A stretch of 59,702 nt of DNA, the filler included. It is 4 parts of 4 records of this genome, joined end to end, with 100 filler letters (N's around TTAATTAATTAA, not from the genome) between each part and the next. Parts side by side here need not be neighbours in the genome. Positions count along the whole stretch, not along the records: positions 1 to 20,779 come from SRR2962707_4220; 3 more parts are not named here. One strand, 5' to 3'. The position numbers and the translations under genes were made by a program. This document shows, piece after piece, positions 1 to 9,281 of the stretch. The notes under the pieces are model-generated. The model ran no database searches and was not told where the DNA came from. It was given only the letters and a program-made list of their open reading frames with translations. Each line of letters starts with the position of its first letter. The first letter of the stretch is position 1.

Positions 1-57
1 TAGAGCAATCGACTGTTAATCGATCGGTCGTAAGTTCGAATCTTACTCGGGGAGCCA
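1..57 (+). tRNA. tRNA-Asn(GTT), 5'-truncated at window edge
   Basis: Anticodon arm ATCGA-CTGTTAA-TCGAT, T-arm GTAAG-TTCGAAT-CTTAC, ends GGGGAG-CCA. Confidence 0.93.
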
Positions 58-62
58 GTTTC

Positions 63-100
63 AAACGGGTTGTTGCTTAGGCAGCAGCCCGTTTTTCTTT
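63..100 (+). terminator. Rho-independent terminator after tRNA-Asn
   Basis: Stem AAACGGGTTGTTGC / GCAGCAGCCCGTTT (G-U pairs), loop TTAG, T-rich tail. Confidence 0.8.
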
Positions 101-331
101 GTGCGCTTCATAAAAGTGCAAAGACCCGCGCTTTAAGCGCAAACTAGCAAAACAAAACCACTCAGCGAATCGCTCCCCCTCACAAATGTCACTTCCCGCA
201 TTACGCGTTGCTATTGTGCGCCCTTTGCTTCAATGTTGAATGATCATCGGTAGGGTTCATTAGGGCTGCACTCTGATAACCCTTGATAATAGTAAACCGT
301 TCCTGCCGAGGATCGGATTGAAAAGAACACG

Positions 332-1063
332 ATGCCCCCAAATCAATGCGCCTTGGCCCGAAAATTGGGAAATTTTGTTGCGCTTTCCAATATTGAATTG
401 GAATTGCTCGAAAGCTTGAATCGAAGGCGGCGGAGCTATGCCGCTGGCCGTGATCTCGTTCACGAGGGCCAAACCCATGCCGCCTCTTATATCTTGGCCG
501 AAGGCTGGGTCTGTTCGTATAAATTATTGCGCGATGGCTCGCGGCAAATTGTCGATTTTCAAATACCAGGTGATTTCTTAGGCCTGCGATCAGTGCTGTT
601 TCGCACCGCTGATCACAATATAGAGCCAATAACCGCTGTCGAAGCCTCGGAAGTGCTAGAAAGTGACCTTTTAAATGCTTTCGCAACTTCCCCGCGCCTT
701 GCCACAGCCGTTCTGTGGGCTGCATCGCGCGATGAAGCCATGGTGGTCGAACATCTGGTTGGCATCGGCAAACGCGACGCATTGGAGCGCACAGCCCATT
801 TCCTGCTTGAGTTAAGTACCCGACTTAGTCTGGTCGAACGCGGCTCGACGGAAGGTTTTGCGTGTCCGCTCACCCAATATCACTTGGGCGATGCGCTGGG
901 CCTAACAGCTGTCCATGTTAACCGCGTCCTGCGCGAACTGCGCGAAAAGGAACTTTTGACGTTTCAAAAAGGCCAAGTAACCATTCACAACTTCGACAGG
1001 CTTGTCGATATGGTGGATTTCAACCGCGCCTATTTAGATCAAGAAGGTCCGTTACTGCGATAA
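332..1063 (+). CDS. Crp/Fnr family transcriptional regulator (no FNR Fe-S cysteine cluster)
   Basis: cNMP-binding domain (DGSRQIVDFQIPGDFLG) and C-terminal HTH (LTQYHLGDALGLTAVHVNRVL). Confidence 0.92.
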   Translation: MPPNQCALARKLGNFVALSNIELELLESLNRRRRSYAAGRDLVHEGQTHAASYILAEGWVCSYKLLRDGSRQIVDFQIPGDFLGLRSVLFRTADHNIEPITAVEASEVLESDLLNAFATSPRLATAVLWAASRDEAMVVEHLVGIGKRDALERTAHFLLELSTRLSLVERGSTEGFACPLTQYHLGDALGLTAVHVNRVLRELREKELLTFQKGQVTIHNFDRLVDMVDFNRAYLDQEGPLLR

Positions 1064-1268
1064 AACCCTCTCGCCCATTGTGATGCCACTGAATGCGCTA
1101 CGAACTGATATAGATCGGTGAATTGGATTTATTCGTGCTTTATGAGTGACTTCTATCTTTAGAACAGCATTAAAAGTCCAAACACTAATCTTGTAGGTCG
1201 GGCAAATAACGCGTTGACCGATAATAAACATTTCTCTTTAAATTTAAGCACTTCGTACGTTTTTTGAG

Positions 1269-1294
1269 TGATCTACCCCTCAAGTCTGGACGTA
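1269..1294 (+). promoter_or_regulatory. Putative sigmaE (RpoE/ChrR, ECF11) promoter
   Basis: TGATCT-N16-CGTA upstream of the cfa-like gene; consensus TGATCC-N16-CGTA. Confidence 0.65.
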
Positions 1295-1337
1295 TAAGTG
1301 TTTTACCGCCTAATATTATAGGCCGAACGATGAGAAT

Positions 1338-2609
1338 ATGGGCGACATGTTAGACAAACCGACCAGCACAATCGATTTGAACGCCGCGGCGCAAACGCTA
1401 AACGCGCAAAACCTGCGCAGCATTGCAAAGGGGCTACCCGCGAAAGCGCGTATCGCGCTGCGCCTTGTCGTACAATTGCCAAAGGGCACATTGATCCTAC
1501 AATTGCCCGATCAACGCGTATTCAAAGTTGTCGGCGCTGAGACGGGTCCAAAGGCCACACTCGTTCTCTATAATTGGAATTTAGCGCGGCGCGCCCTCAC
1601 CGGCGCAACCATCGGCGTTGCGGAAAGCTATGTGGATGGCGATTGGACAAGTCCAGACATATCCGCCTTTTTGCGCCTCTGCGTTGCCAATGAACAATGG
1701 ACCAACCAATTGGCCCGTCATAGCGTCATTACGGCGATTTTCACCAATGTTCGCCACTGGCTCAACAGCAACACCAAGCAAAAAGCCAAGAAAAATATTT
1801 CCGCCCATTATGATCTAGGCAATAAATTCTACGCCCAGTGGCTCGACCCGACGATGACCTATTCATCGGCGCTGTATGAGGATGGCGCCAATGATTTGGA
1901 ATCAGCACAGACCGCAAAATACCGCGCGTTGGCAAAAGCGGTCGGCATTAAAAAGTCTGACCATGTGCTTGAAATCGGCTGCGGCTGGGGCGGCTTTGCG
2001 GAATTTGCTGCCAAAGAAATCGGCTGTAAAGTCACCGGATTGACCATTAGCCGCGAGCAATTAAATTTCGCCCGTGACCGCATTCGCGCAGCAAATCTCT
2101 CAGACAAAGTAACATTCAAATTTCAAGATTACCGCGATGAGCAAGGCACCTATGACAAGGTTGTATCCATCGAAATGTTTGAAGCTGTGGGCGAGAAATA
2201 TTGGGGCACTTATTTTGAGACCGTCAATAAGGTTTTAAAACCGGGCGGCAAAGCAGGCATTCAGGTAATCACGATCAATGAGGAAACATTCCCTTATTAT
2301 CGCAGCCATCCCGATTTTATTCAGCGCTATGTTTTCCCTGGCGGCATGTTGCCACCGCCATCCATGCTGGAAAACCTGCCGCAAACAAAAGGCCTGACAA
2401 AGCTTGGCGAACGCATTTTCGCGCGCGATTATGCCCGCACACTGGCCGAATGGCGCAAACGCTTTTGGGCAAGTTTTGAAAACTTAAAACCAATGGGCTT
2501 TGACGAGCGCTTCAAACGGTTTTGGGAGTTTTATCTCTACTATTGCGAAGCAGGCTTCGAAGAAGAATTCATCGATGTGCGCCAAGTTATTTTCGCCAAA
2601 GCAAAATAG
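1338..2609 (+). CDS. cfa: Cyclopropane-fatty-acyl-phospholipid synthase family SAM methyltransferase (CfaS/UfaM-like)
   Basis: NISAHYDLGN, MTYSSA, VLEIGCGWGG, SIEMFEAVG, FIQRYVFPGG, YLYYCEAGF motifs. Confidence 0.9.
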   Translation: MGDMLDKPTSTIDLNAAAQTLNAQNLRSIAKGLPAKARIALRLVVQLPKGTLILQLPDQRVFKVVGAETGPKATLVLYNWNLARRALTGATIGVAESYVDGDWTSPDISAFLRLCVANEQWTNQLARHSVITAIFTNVRHWLNSNTKQKAKKNISAHYDLGNKFYAQWLDPTMTYSSALYEDGANDLESAQTAKYRALAKAVGIKKSDHVLEIGCGWGGFAEFAAKEIGCKVTGLTISREQLNFARDRIRAANLSDKVTFKFQDYRDEQGTYDKVVSIEMFEAVGEKYWGTYFETVNKVLKPGGKAGIQVITINEETFPYYRSHPDFIQRYVFPGGMLPPPSMLENLPQTKGLTKLGERIFARDYARTLAEWRKRFWASFENLKPMGFDERFKRFWEFYLYYCEAGFEEEFIDVRQVIFAKAK

Positions 2610-2644
2610 CGAAGCTACCCGTCACGACAACTGCAAAGCCACAC

Positions 2645-2670
2645 TGATCCAAATTGAATCAGTTTACGTA
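2645..2670 (+). promoter_or_regulatory. Putative sigmaE (RpoE/ChrR) promoter
   Basis: Exact TGATCC-N16-CGTA upstream of the MFS gene. Confidence 0.75.
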
Positions 2671-2718
2671 CAAAGACGTGTAAACGCCTGAAACGACTCA
2701 TCTTTCGCGAGGCTAGCT

Positions 2719-4047
2719 TTGACGCATAATGCAGCAGATTTAAGCCTCAAGCAGATGATCATTTACGCGCTGCCAGCCCTGCCATTGGCTGCGCTCACCT
2801 TGCCGCTTTATATCTTTGTTCCGACTTTCTATTCCGAAACGCTGGGCCTGCCACTTGCTGCGGTTGGCGCTGCTTTGCTTTTTGTGCGCATTTTCGATGC
2901 CGTCAATGATCCGCTCATTGGTCTTGCCGCCGATAAGATAGATGTCAAATTTGGCCGCAGACGCACATTATTCGCACTCTCATTGCCGATCACCGCGCTC
3001 GCCGCTTTGATGATCTTCTGGCCGCCAGCAAATGTGACCACCCTCTATCTGGCATTTTGGGGCGGCGTTTTGTCTATCGGCTATAGCGCCGCGCTTATCG
3101 CCTATTATGCGTGGGGCGCAGAACTTTCTGGCGATTATAAAACGCGTACCAAAATCACCAGCTGGCGCGAAGGTCTCACACTGCTGGGCACGCTTATTGC
3201 CATTGCCATGCCGTTTTCAATTGGCTCGGGCAATGATGCCAGCGCCAAGGGCCTTGCCGCTCTAGCCATTCTGATCGGCATATCCCTGCCCGTTTTGGGT
3301 ATCTTGTTGCTTTGGAAAATCAAAGAACCCAAACAACATACACGCCAGAAAATAGACTTTCGCGCGGGCATTCAACATTTGAAAAACAACCGCCCGTTCC
3401 TTCGGCTTGTCGCGGCGTTTTTCATTAATGGTCTGGCCAATGGCATTCCTGCGACGTTGTTTTTATATTTCGTCTCAGACTATTTAGCAGCGCCCAACAT
3501 GCGTGGCCCTTTGCTGTTTTTATATTTTGCCTGCGGCGTGATCGGTGTGCCTCTGGCAAACTTTGTTGCGCAGCGCCTGTCAAAGCACCGCGCTTGGGCC
3601 ATCGCCATGCTCGCCGCTACGCTTGTTTTTGCCTTCACGCCGCTTCTCGGCGAAGGCGACATTGCCGCCTTCGCCGTGATTTGCGCAGCAACTGGCCTGC
3701 TCGTGGGATTTGATTTATCAATACCGCCGTCAATTCAGGCCGATGTCGTTGATATTGATACCGCCGCCTCTGGCGAACAACGCTCCGGCACCTATTTTGC
3801 CGCATGGAGCCTATCAACCAAACTATCGCTGGCACTGGCGGTCGGCATTGCATTTCCTGTGCTGAGCGCTTTTGGTTTTGATCCGAACGCTGAAATGGCA
3901 CAATCCCCACAAGCGCTCACCGCTTTGGCGATTACCTATGCGTGGGTGCCCGCGGTTTTGAAACTGATCGCCGTTGCCTTGGTTTGGAATTTCCCACTGG
4001 ATGAAAAAATGCAACGCCAACTACGCGATACGATTGAAAGCAAATAA
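2719..4047 (+). CDS. MFS_2 / GPH-family (sugar:cation symporter-like) transporter, TTG start
   Basis: About 12 hydrophobic helices; RIFDAVNDPLIG..D...GRRR and SIQADVVD motifs. Confidence 0.88.
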   Translation: MTHNAADLSLKQMIIYALPALPLAALTLPLYIFVPTFYSETLGLPLAAVGAALLFVRIFDAVNDPLIGLAADKIDVKFGRRRTLFALSLPITALAALMIFWPPANVTTLYLAFWGGVLSIGYSAALIAYYAWGAELSGDYKTRTKITSWREGLTLLGTLIAIAMPFSIGSGNDASAKGLAALAILIGISLPVLGILLLWKIKEPKQHTRQKIDFRAGIQHLKNNRPFLRLVAAFFINGLANGIPATLFLYFVSDYLAAPNMRGPLLFLYFACGVIGVPLANFVAQRLSKHRAWAIAMLAATLVFAFTPLLGEGDIAAFAVICAATGLLVGFDLSIPPSIQADVVDIDTAASGEQRSGTYFAAWSLSTKLSLALAVGIAFPVLSAFGFDPNAEMAQSPQALTALAITYAWVPAVLKLIAVALVWNFPLDEKMQRQLRDTIESK

Positions 4048-4176
4048 CAAAATCACGCGACACAAATTCATGGCGCATGAGCATAAATTTCGACAATTCA
4101 CCCAAAATTGGGTTTTTCATCCTTGTTTGATCGCCGCACGAAGCCTAATTTGAGACAACAAAAAAGGTAACGCATT

Positions 4177-5205
4177 ATGAATAATTCCGTCATTGATCTC
4201 ATCGGCAACACACCATTGGTGCGCTTAAAGCGCGTATCGGAAGAAACCGGCTGTGACATATACGGCAAATGCGAATTCCTCAATCCGGGTCAATCGGTCA
4301 AAGACCGCGCAGCGCTCTACATTATTCGGGATGCGGAACGCCGCGGTGATCTTAAACCCGGCGGCGTGATCGTTGAAGGCACCGCTGGCAACACCGGCAT
4401 CGGCATGACATTGGTTGCCAAAGCCCTTGGCTATCGCACGGTGATTGTTATTCCTGAAACGCAGAGCCAAGAAAAGAAAGATGCTTTGCGCCTGATGGGT
4501 GCAGAGCTCATCGAAGTGCCCGCTGCGCCCTACAAAAACCCAAACAATTATGTGCGCCTATCTGGCCGCCTTGCAGAGCAATTGGCAAAAACAGAACCTA
4601 ATGGCGCCATCTGGGCCAACCAATTTGATAACATCGCCAACAAGCAAGCGCATATTGAAACGACCGGCCCTGAAATTTTGGCAGATCTTAATGGCAAGGT
4701 GGATGGCTTCACCTGTGCCTGTGGTTCTGGCGGCACATTGGCTGGCACTGCAGAAGCGCTGCGCGCTGGCAATCCCAACGTCAAAATAGCTTTGACAGAC
4801 CCAATGGGCGCTGCGCTTTATAATTACTACACCAATGGCGAACTGAAATCTGAAGGTGGCTCAATCACCGAAGGCATCGGCCAAGGACGCATTACCGCCA
4901 ATTTGGAAGGCTTCACGCCAGACTTTTCCTATCAAGTTGAAGACAAGGAAGCCCTAGAGATCATCTTCCAGCTCGCTGAAGAAGAAGGCATGATCATGGG
5001 CGGATCAACCGGGATCAACATTGCGGGCGCTCGGCGCTTGGCAAAAGATTTAGGCCCGGGCCACACAATCGTGACCATCCTTTGCGATTACGGCAATCGG
5101 TATCAATCAAAGATTTTCAATCCAGAGTTCTTGCGCTCAAAAGACTTGCCCGTACCAACATGGATGGAAAAGCCAGTTAATATTTCCGTACCTTTCGAAC
5201 AATAA
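4177..5205 (+). CDS. cysK: Cysteine synthase A
   Basis: IGNTPL, PLP lysine NPGQSVKDR, EGTAGNTG, GSGGT, TEGIG. Confidence 0.93.
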   Translation: MNNSVIDLIGNTPLVRLKRVSEETGCDIYGKCEFLNPGQSVKDRAALYIIRDAERRGDLKPGGVIVEGTAGNTGIGMTLVAKALGYRTVIVIPETQSQEKKDALRLMGAELIEVPAAPYKNPNNYVRLSGRLAEQLAKTEPNGAIWANQFDNIANKQAHIETTGPEILADLNGKVDGFTCACGSGGTLAGTAEALRAGNPNVKIALTDPMGAALYNYYTNGELKSEGGSITEGIGQGRITANLEGFTPDFSYQVEDKEALEIIFQLAEEEGMIMGGSTGINIAGARRLAKDLGPGHTIVTILCDYGNRYQSKIFNPEFLRSKDLPVPTWMEKPVNISVPFEQ

Positions 5206-5282
5206 TAAAGTGGGCTTAAAAGCTAGCGCGTAAGCAATTTATTCTCTAAGTTCAAACATCTACAATGTTTCGAGCGCGCATT

Positions 5283-6131
5283 ATGCCCACTAAAAGCCCC
5301 TTCGTCGTCTCTGCAAATGTGCTTGAAGATCATCTTTATGATCCAAGCATAAAAATCATTGATGCCTCTTGGTATCTACCAGCGCAGGGACGCGATGCGC
5401 GCGCTGAATTTGATGCGGGCCATATTCCAGGCGCCGTGTTTTTTGATCATGACAAAGTGGTCAATCCGGCTAGCACACTGCCGCACACCCTTCCAACGCC
5501 AGATATATTCGCCGAAGATATGAGCGAATTGGGCATTTCCAATGATGATCGCATCGTTGTTTATGATGGTCCTGGCATGTTCAGCGCACCGAGGGTGTGG
5601 TGGATGCTGCGGGTTTTTGGCGCTGAAAATGTCGTGGTGCTGGATGGCGGCATCGACCTTTGGAAAGCCCAAGGCCGCCCCCTCACCGATAAATCGCCTT
5701 TCATTGCGCCGTCACATTTCCAAGCTTCATTGGATAGAACGCAAGTGGTAGACTTTGAATCAATGTTTGACATCGTGACAAGTAACGCCGTCCAGATCGC
5801 CGATGCGCGCGGCGCTGGCCGCTTTGAAGGCCTTGAGCCTGAACCACGCGCCGGCGTTCGTTCTGGCCATATGCCCGGCGCGCGCAATGTTCCGTTCAAT
5901 TTATTGTCTGAAAAAGGCACCTTAAAAAGTGTTGAGGAACTAACCACCGTTTTAACCGAAGCGGGCTTGGATCTGGATAAACCAATCATTACCACATGTG
6001 GGTCCGGCGTAACTGCAGCGGTTATCAGCCTCGCCCTTGCTTCAATTGGTCACGACGATGTACGCCTTTATGATGGCTCATGGTCTGAATGGGGCTCAAA
6101 AGAAATAACGCCGGTTGTTACGGGAAAATAA
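5283..6131 (+). CDS. sseA: 3-mercaptopyruvate sulfurtransferase
   Basis: Tandem rhodanese; GHIPGA, active-site loop CGSGVTA, LYDGSWSEW. Confidence 0.93.
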   Translation: MPTKSPFVVSANVLEDHLYDPSIKIIDASWYLPAQGRDARAEFDAGHIPGAVFFDHDKVVNPASTLPHTLPTPDIFAEDMSELGISNDDRIVVYDGPGMFSAPRVWWMLRVFGAENVVVLDGGIDLWKAQGRPLTDKSPFIAPSHFQASLDRTQVVDFESMFDIVTSNAVQIADARGAGRFEGLEPEPRAGVRSGHMPGARNVPFNLLSEKGTLKSVEELTTVLTEAGLDLDKPIITTCGSGVTAAVISLALASIGHDDVRLYDGSWSEWGSKEITPVVTGK

Positions 6132-6132
6132 A

Positions 6133-6741
6133 ATGAGCTGGATGAATATTATGTCGAATCAATATGGCAACAAATCGCCGCAAACACTTGAAACGACAAT
6201 CACATATTTAGAAATGTCAGCGCCGAGCCATCATCCCGCGCCGCTGCCGATGAACGTCAATGCCGCATTGCTTGTTGCCGATAATATACCGCTGCATTTC
6301 TATCGTTATCTCTATTTCCAAGTGGGCATTCACTGGAATTGGGAACAGCGCCTGCGCCTTAATGACGAAGCGCTAGCCAAAGCAATCCACAATGATGATG
6401 TTGAAGTGACCGTCCTTTATGTCGACGGCGCACCTGCTGGCTTTTTTGAAACACTTCGCAAAGATAGCAAAACCATAGATATCGCCTATTTTGGCATGAT
6501 GCCCCATGTTTTTGGCCGTGGCCTTGGGCGCTGGTTCTTAGCATCTGCCATTGAAGCATGCTGGGCAAGAGAGCCGGAACGCGTGACCGTCAATACATGC
6601 ACACTGGACCATCCTGCAGCATTGCCGCTTTATCAAAAAATGGGTTTTACACCCTACAAACAAGATGAAGACAAAGTTTCCCCAATAACAGAGAACGAGT
6701 TTGCAAATATTGCATTGAACAATGGCGTATTTTCCTCTTAA
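6133..6741 (+). CDS. GNAT family N-acetyltransferase (start uncertain, 6133 or 6151)
   Basis: YFGMMP..FGRGLG acetyl-CoA motif A, TCTLDHPAALPLYQKMGF. Confidence 0.88.
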   Translation: MSWMNIMSNQYGNKSPQTLETTITYLEMSAPSHHPAPLPMNVNAALLVADNIPLHFYRYLYFQVGIHWNWEQRLRLNDEALAKAIHNDDVEVTVLYVDGAPAGFFETLRKDSKTIDIAYFGMMPHVFGRGLGRWFLASAIEACWAREPERVTVNTCTLDHPAALPLYQKMGFTPYKQDEDKVSPITENEFANIALNNGVFSS

Positions 6742-6773
6742 TAAAGACTCAGTTCAACTGGGGGTTGAGAAAT

Positions 6774-7298
6774 ATGAAAATACACAATCTAAAATACGCA
6801 TTTGTAATACTGGCATCGATATTCATCGCTTCATGTCAAACAACATCAACCGAAGCGCCAAACACACCATCTGCTAAAGAAATTCGGTCAAGAATTGACT
6901 ATAAAACCTATAAGCCGATCAAATATCGCGGGCTTTACGGTTTGCAGTGTATAAAATGCGCTGGCTTAGAGCGGATTTACATTTTCCCACATACGAGAAA
7001 TATTAGGCTCTACAATATTCTAAACAATCCAAGGGTTTCAATTAGCGACCATGAAGCCAAGAAAATTGTAAAATATTTGGTCAAAGAAAAGTCTAATGTG
7101 ATTTCCGCATCAGTTCGCAAGCGCGGCGATACATTCTATTTGGATACGGTCTTTGAAACATATTACTCTGGTGGGACCTTACGAAATGTGGCCCGCATCG
7201 TCACCAATCGCATAACCTCTTATCGCGCCGTGGGTGTTTCAAAATCTGAGGCAAGATCGCGACAATTGATGAACACCGGATTGAGCTGGGTTGAATAA
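6774..7298 (+). CDS. Hypothetical lipoprotein
   Basis: Basic N-terminus, hydrophobic stretch, lipobox IAS-C; no recognisable domain. Confidence 0.7.
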   Translation: MKIHNLKYAFVILASIFIASCQTTSTEAPNTPSAKEIRSRIDYKTYKPIKYRGLYGLQCIKCAGLERIYIFPHTRNIRLYNILNNPRVSISDHEAKKIVKYLVKEKSNVISASVRKRGDTFYLDTVFETYYSGGTLRNVARIVTNRITSYRAVGVSKSEARSRQLMNTGLSWVE

Positions 7299-7383
7299 GA
7301 ACACGGCTGAACAAGTCGTTCAGTTTTAATTCAGATTCACACATCCATAAAGCTTCTCACAATTAGATGTGAGGAGCTTTAAA

Positions 7384-7953
7384 ATGACAAACCAACTAAC
7401 ACGCCGCAACTTACTCACCGCTCTCATCGGCGGCGCTGCCGCCTTGGCGGTGTCTCCCGCGCTTGCGCAATCAACGCCGTCAGCACAATCAATTGAGCGC
7501 AAACTCAGCGCGCCAACGCGTAAAATTGCGCCGAGCAAACGCATGAGCATCCAGCAGATTAAACGCAATCGCCAAATGCGACGGATTGCGCCATCAATCG
7601 ACATTCAATCCATCAACTTTTCTTTCGGTTCAGCGCGAATTGGCGGCGACCAGCAATGGAAAGTGCAGCGCATTGCAGCAGCAATGAACCAAATTTTGCG
7701 CCGTAATCCCCGCGAAGTGTTTCTAATCGAAGGCCACACTGATGCGGTCGGCTCAAGTCAAAGCAACTTGGTCCTATCGGAAGCCCGCGCACGTTCGCTA
7801 GCACACGCATTGCACCGCTATGGTGTGCGCCGGTCTTCGCTCGAAACGATCGGCTATGGCGAAGAAGATCTATTAATCCCAACGCAGCGCGAAGAGTGGC
7901 AAAACCGCCGCGTCACTTTGCGCCGCATCACCGACCTAATTATCCTTCGCTAA
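7384..7953 (+). CDS. OmpA-family peptidoglycan-binding domain protein with Tat signal
   Basis: TRRNLL twin-arginine signal with ALA cleavage; IEGHTDAVGS..NLVLSEARA, GYGE, NRRV; GAGGAG RBS. Confidence 0.9.
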   Translation: MTNQLTRRNLLTALIGGAAALAVSPALAQSTPSAQSIERKLSAPTRKIAPSKRMSIQQIKRNRQMRRIAPSIDIQSINFSFGSARIGGDQQWKVQRIAAAMNQILRRNPREVFLIEGHTDAVGSSQSNLVLSEARARSLAHALHRYGVRRSSLETIGYGEEDLLIPTQREEWQNRRVTLRRITDLIILR

Positions 7954-7955
7954 AC

Positions 7956-7992
7956 AAAAGCGCCGACCTTCAAAGAAGGTCGGCGCTCAAAA
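7956..7992. terminator. Terminator hairpin between convergent OmpA-domain gene and ald
   Basis: Perfect 13-bp stem AGCGCCGACCTTC/GAAGGTCGGCGCT, loop AAA; upstream A-tract gives a U tail for the minus strand. Confidence 0.82.
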
Positions 7993-8014
7993 GTCACCCA
8001 AAGCTTTGGAGTAA

Positions 8015-9133
8015 TTAAGCGACTTTTAAAGCTTCCAATACAGGCGCAAATTCATAGCCCAGCGCTTCAGCAACCGGTGCATTGGTGATTTTGCCTTTAT
8101 GAACATTCAAACCATTGCGCAGATGTGGGTTTTCCATAATCGCGTTAAGGCCTTTATCGGCAAGCAAAACGCCATATTGCAATGTTGCATTGTTAAGCGC
8201 ATGCGCTGAAGTGACCGGCACAGCGCCCGGCATATTGGCAACGCAGTAATGGATAACATTATCAATCACATAGGTTGGATCAGAGTGTGTTGTCGCTTTT
8301 GAAGTTTCAAAGCAGCCGCCTTGGTCAATCGCCACATCACAAAGCACAGAGCCTTCTTTCATGCCGCCGAGCATTTCGCGTGTCACCAATTTCGGTGCCG
8401 CAGCACCTGGGATCAGCACTGCACCGATAACCGCATCGGCAGCAAAGACTTCTTGCTCAAGCGCATCAATTGACGAGTAACGTGTTTTTACACGGCCACC
8501 AAAAATATCATCTAACTGGCGAAGGCGTGGAAGCGAACGGTCAAGAATTGTTACGTCAGCGCCAAGGCCAGCAGCCATTTTCGCCGCATGAATACCAACA
8601 ACCCCGCCGCCGATGACAACAACTTTACCTGGAAGAACGCCCGGTACGCCGCCCAATAGAACACCATTGCCGCCATTGGCTTTTTGCAATGCTGTTGCAG
8701 AAGCTTGAATAGACAAACGGCCAGCAACTTCTGACATAGGCGCAAGCAGTGGAAGACCGCCGCGATCATCTGTGACTGTCTCATATGCAATTGCTGTACA
8801 GCCGCTTGCGATAAGACCTTTTGTTTGCTCTGGATCTGGAGCCAAGTGAAGATATGTATAAAGGATCTGGCCTTCGCGTAGCATTGCCCATTCAACTGGC
8901 TGAGGCTCTTTCACTTTCACAATCATGTCTGATTGCTCGAAAACTTCTTTGGCTGTGCCAACAATTTTCGCGCCTGCTGCTTTATAAGCATCATCGCCTG
9001 CGCCAATACCAGCGCCAGCATTCGTTTCCATAATCACAACGTGACCATGCGCAACATATTCACGCACTGAGCCAGGTGTCAGACCAACGCGGTATTCATG
9101 ATTTTTAATTTCTTTTGGGCAACCGACACGCAT
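8015..9133 (-). CDS. ald: Alanine dehydrogenase
   Basis: [51 protein letters not shown]. Confidence 0.97.
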   Translation of the reverse strand: MRVGCPKEIKNHEYRVGLTPGSVREYVAHGHVVIMETNAGAGIGAGDDAYKAAGAKIVGTAKEVFEQSDMIVKVKEPQPVEWAMLREGQILYTYLHLAPDPEQTKGLIASGCTAIAYETVTDDRGGLPLLAPMSEVAGRLSIQASATALQKANGGNGVLLGGVPGVLPGKVVVIGGGVVGIHAAKMAAGLGADVTILDRSLPRLRQLDDIFGGRVKTRYSSIDALEQEVFAADAVIGAVLIPGAAAPKLVTREMLGGMKEGSVLCDVAIDQGGCFETSKATTHSDPTYVIDNVIHYCVANMPGAVPVTSAHALNNATLQYGVLLADKGLNAIMENPHLRNGLNVHKGKITNAPVAEALGYEFAPVLEALKVA

Positions 9134-9281
9134 TTCTTCTCTCCTAAAAATGCAATGAATAAAATAATGCGCGGATTATCGGTCATTTGCTATGCAATGT
9201 CCTTGCAAACTTAGTTCGACAAGACCTCATATTCGTGTATTATTGCGCCCAATGTTCAATTTACGATGGATGTTTGCAATA

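Noticed and set aside
201..782. 193-aa minus-strand ORF and the many other short overlapping ORFs
   Set aside because: Antisense or alternative-frame to well-supported genes, with no recognisable domains
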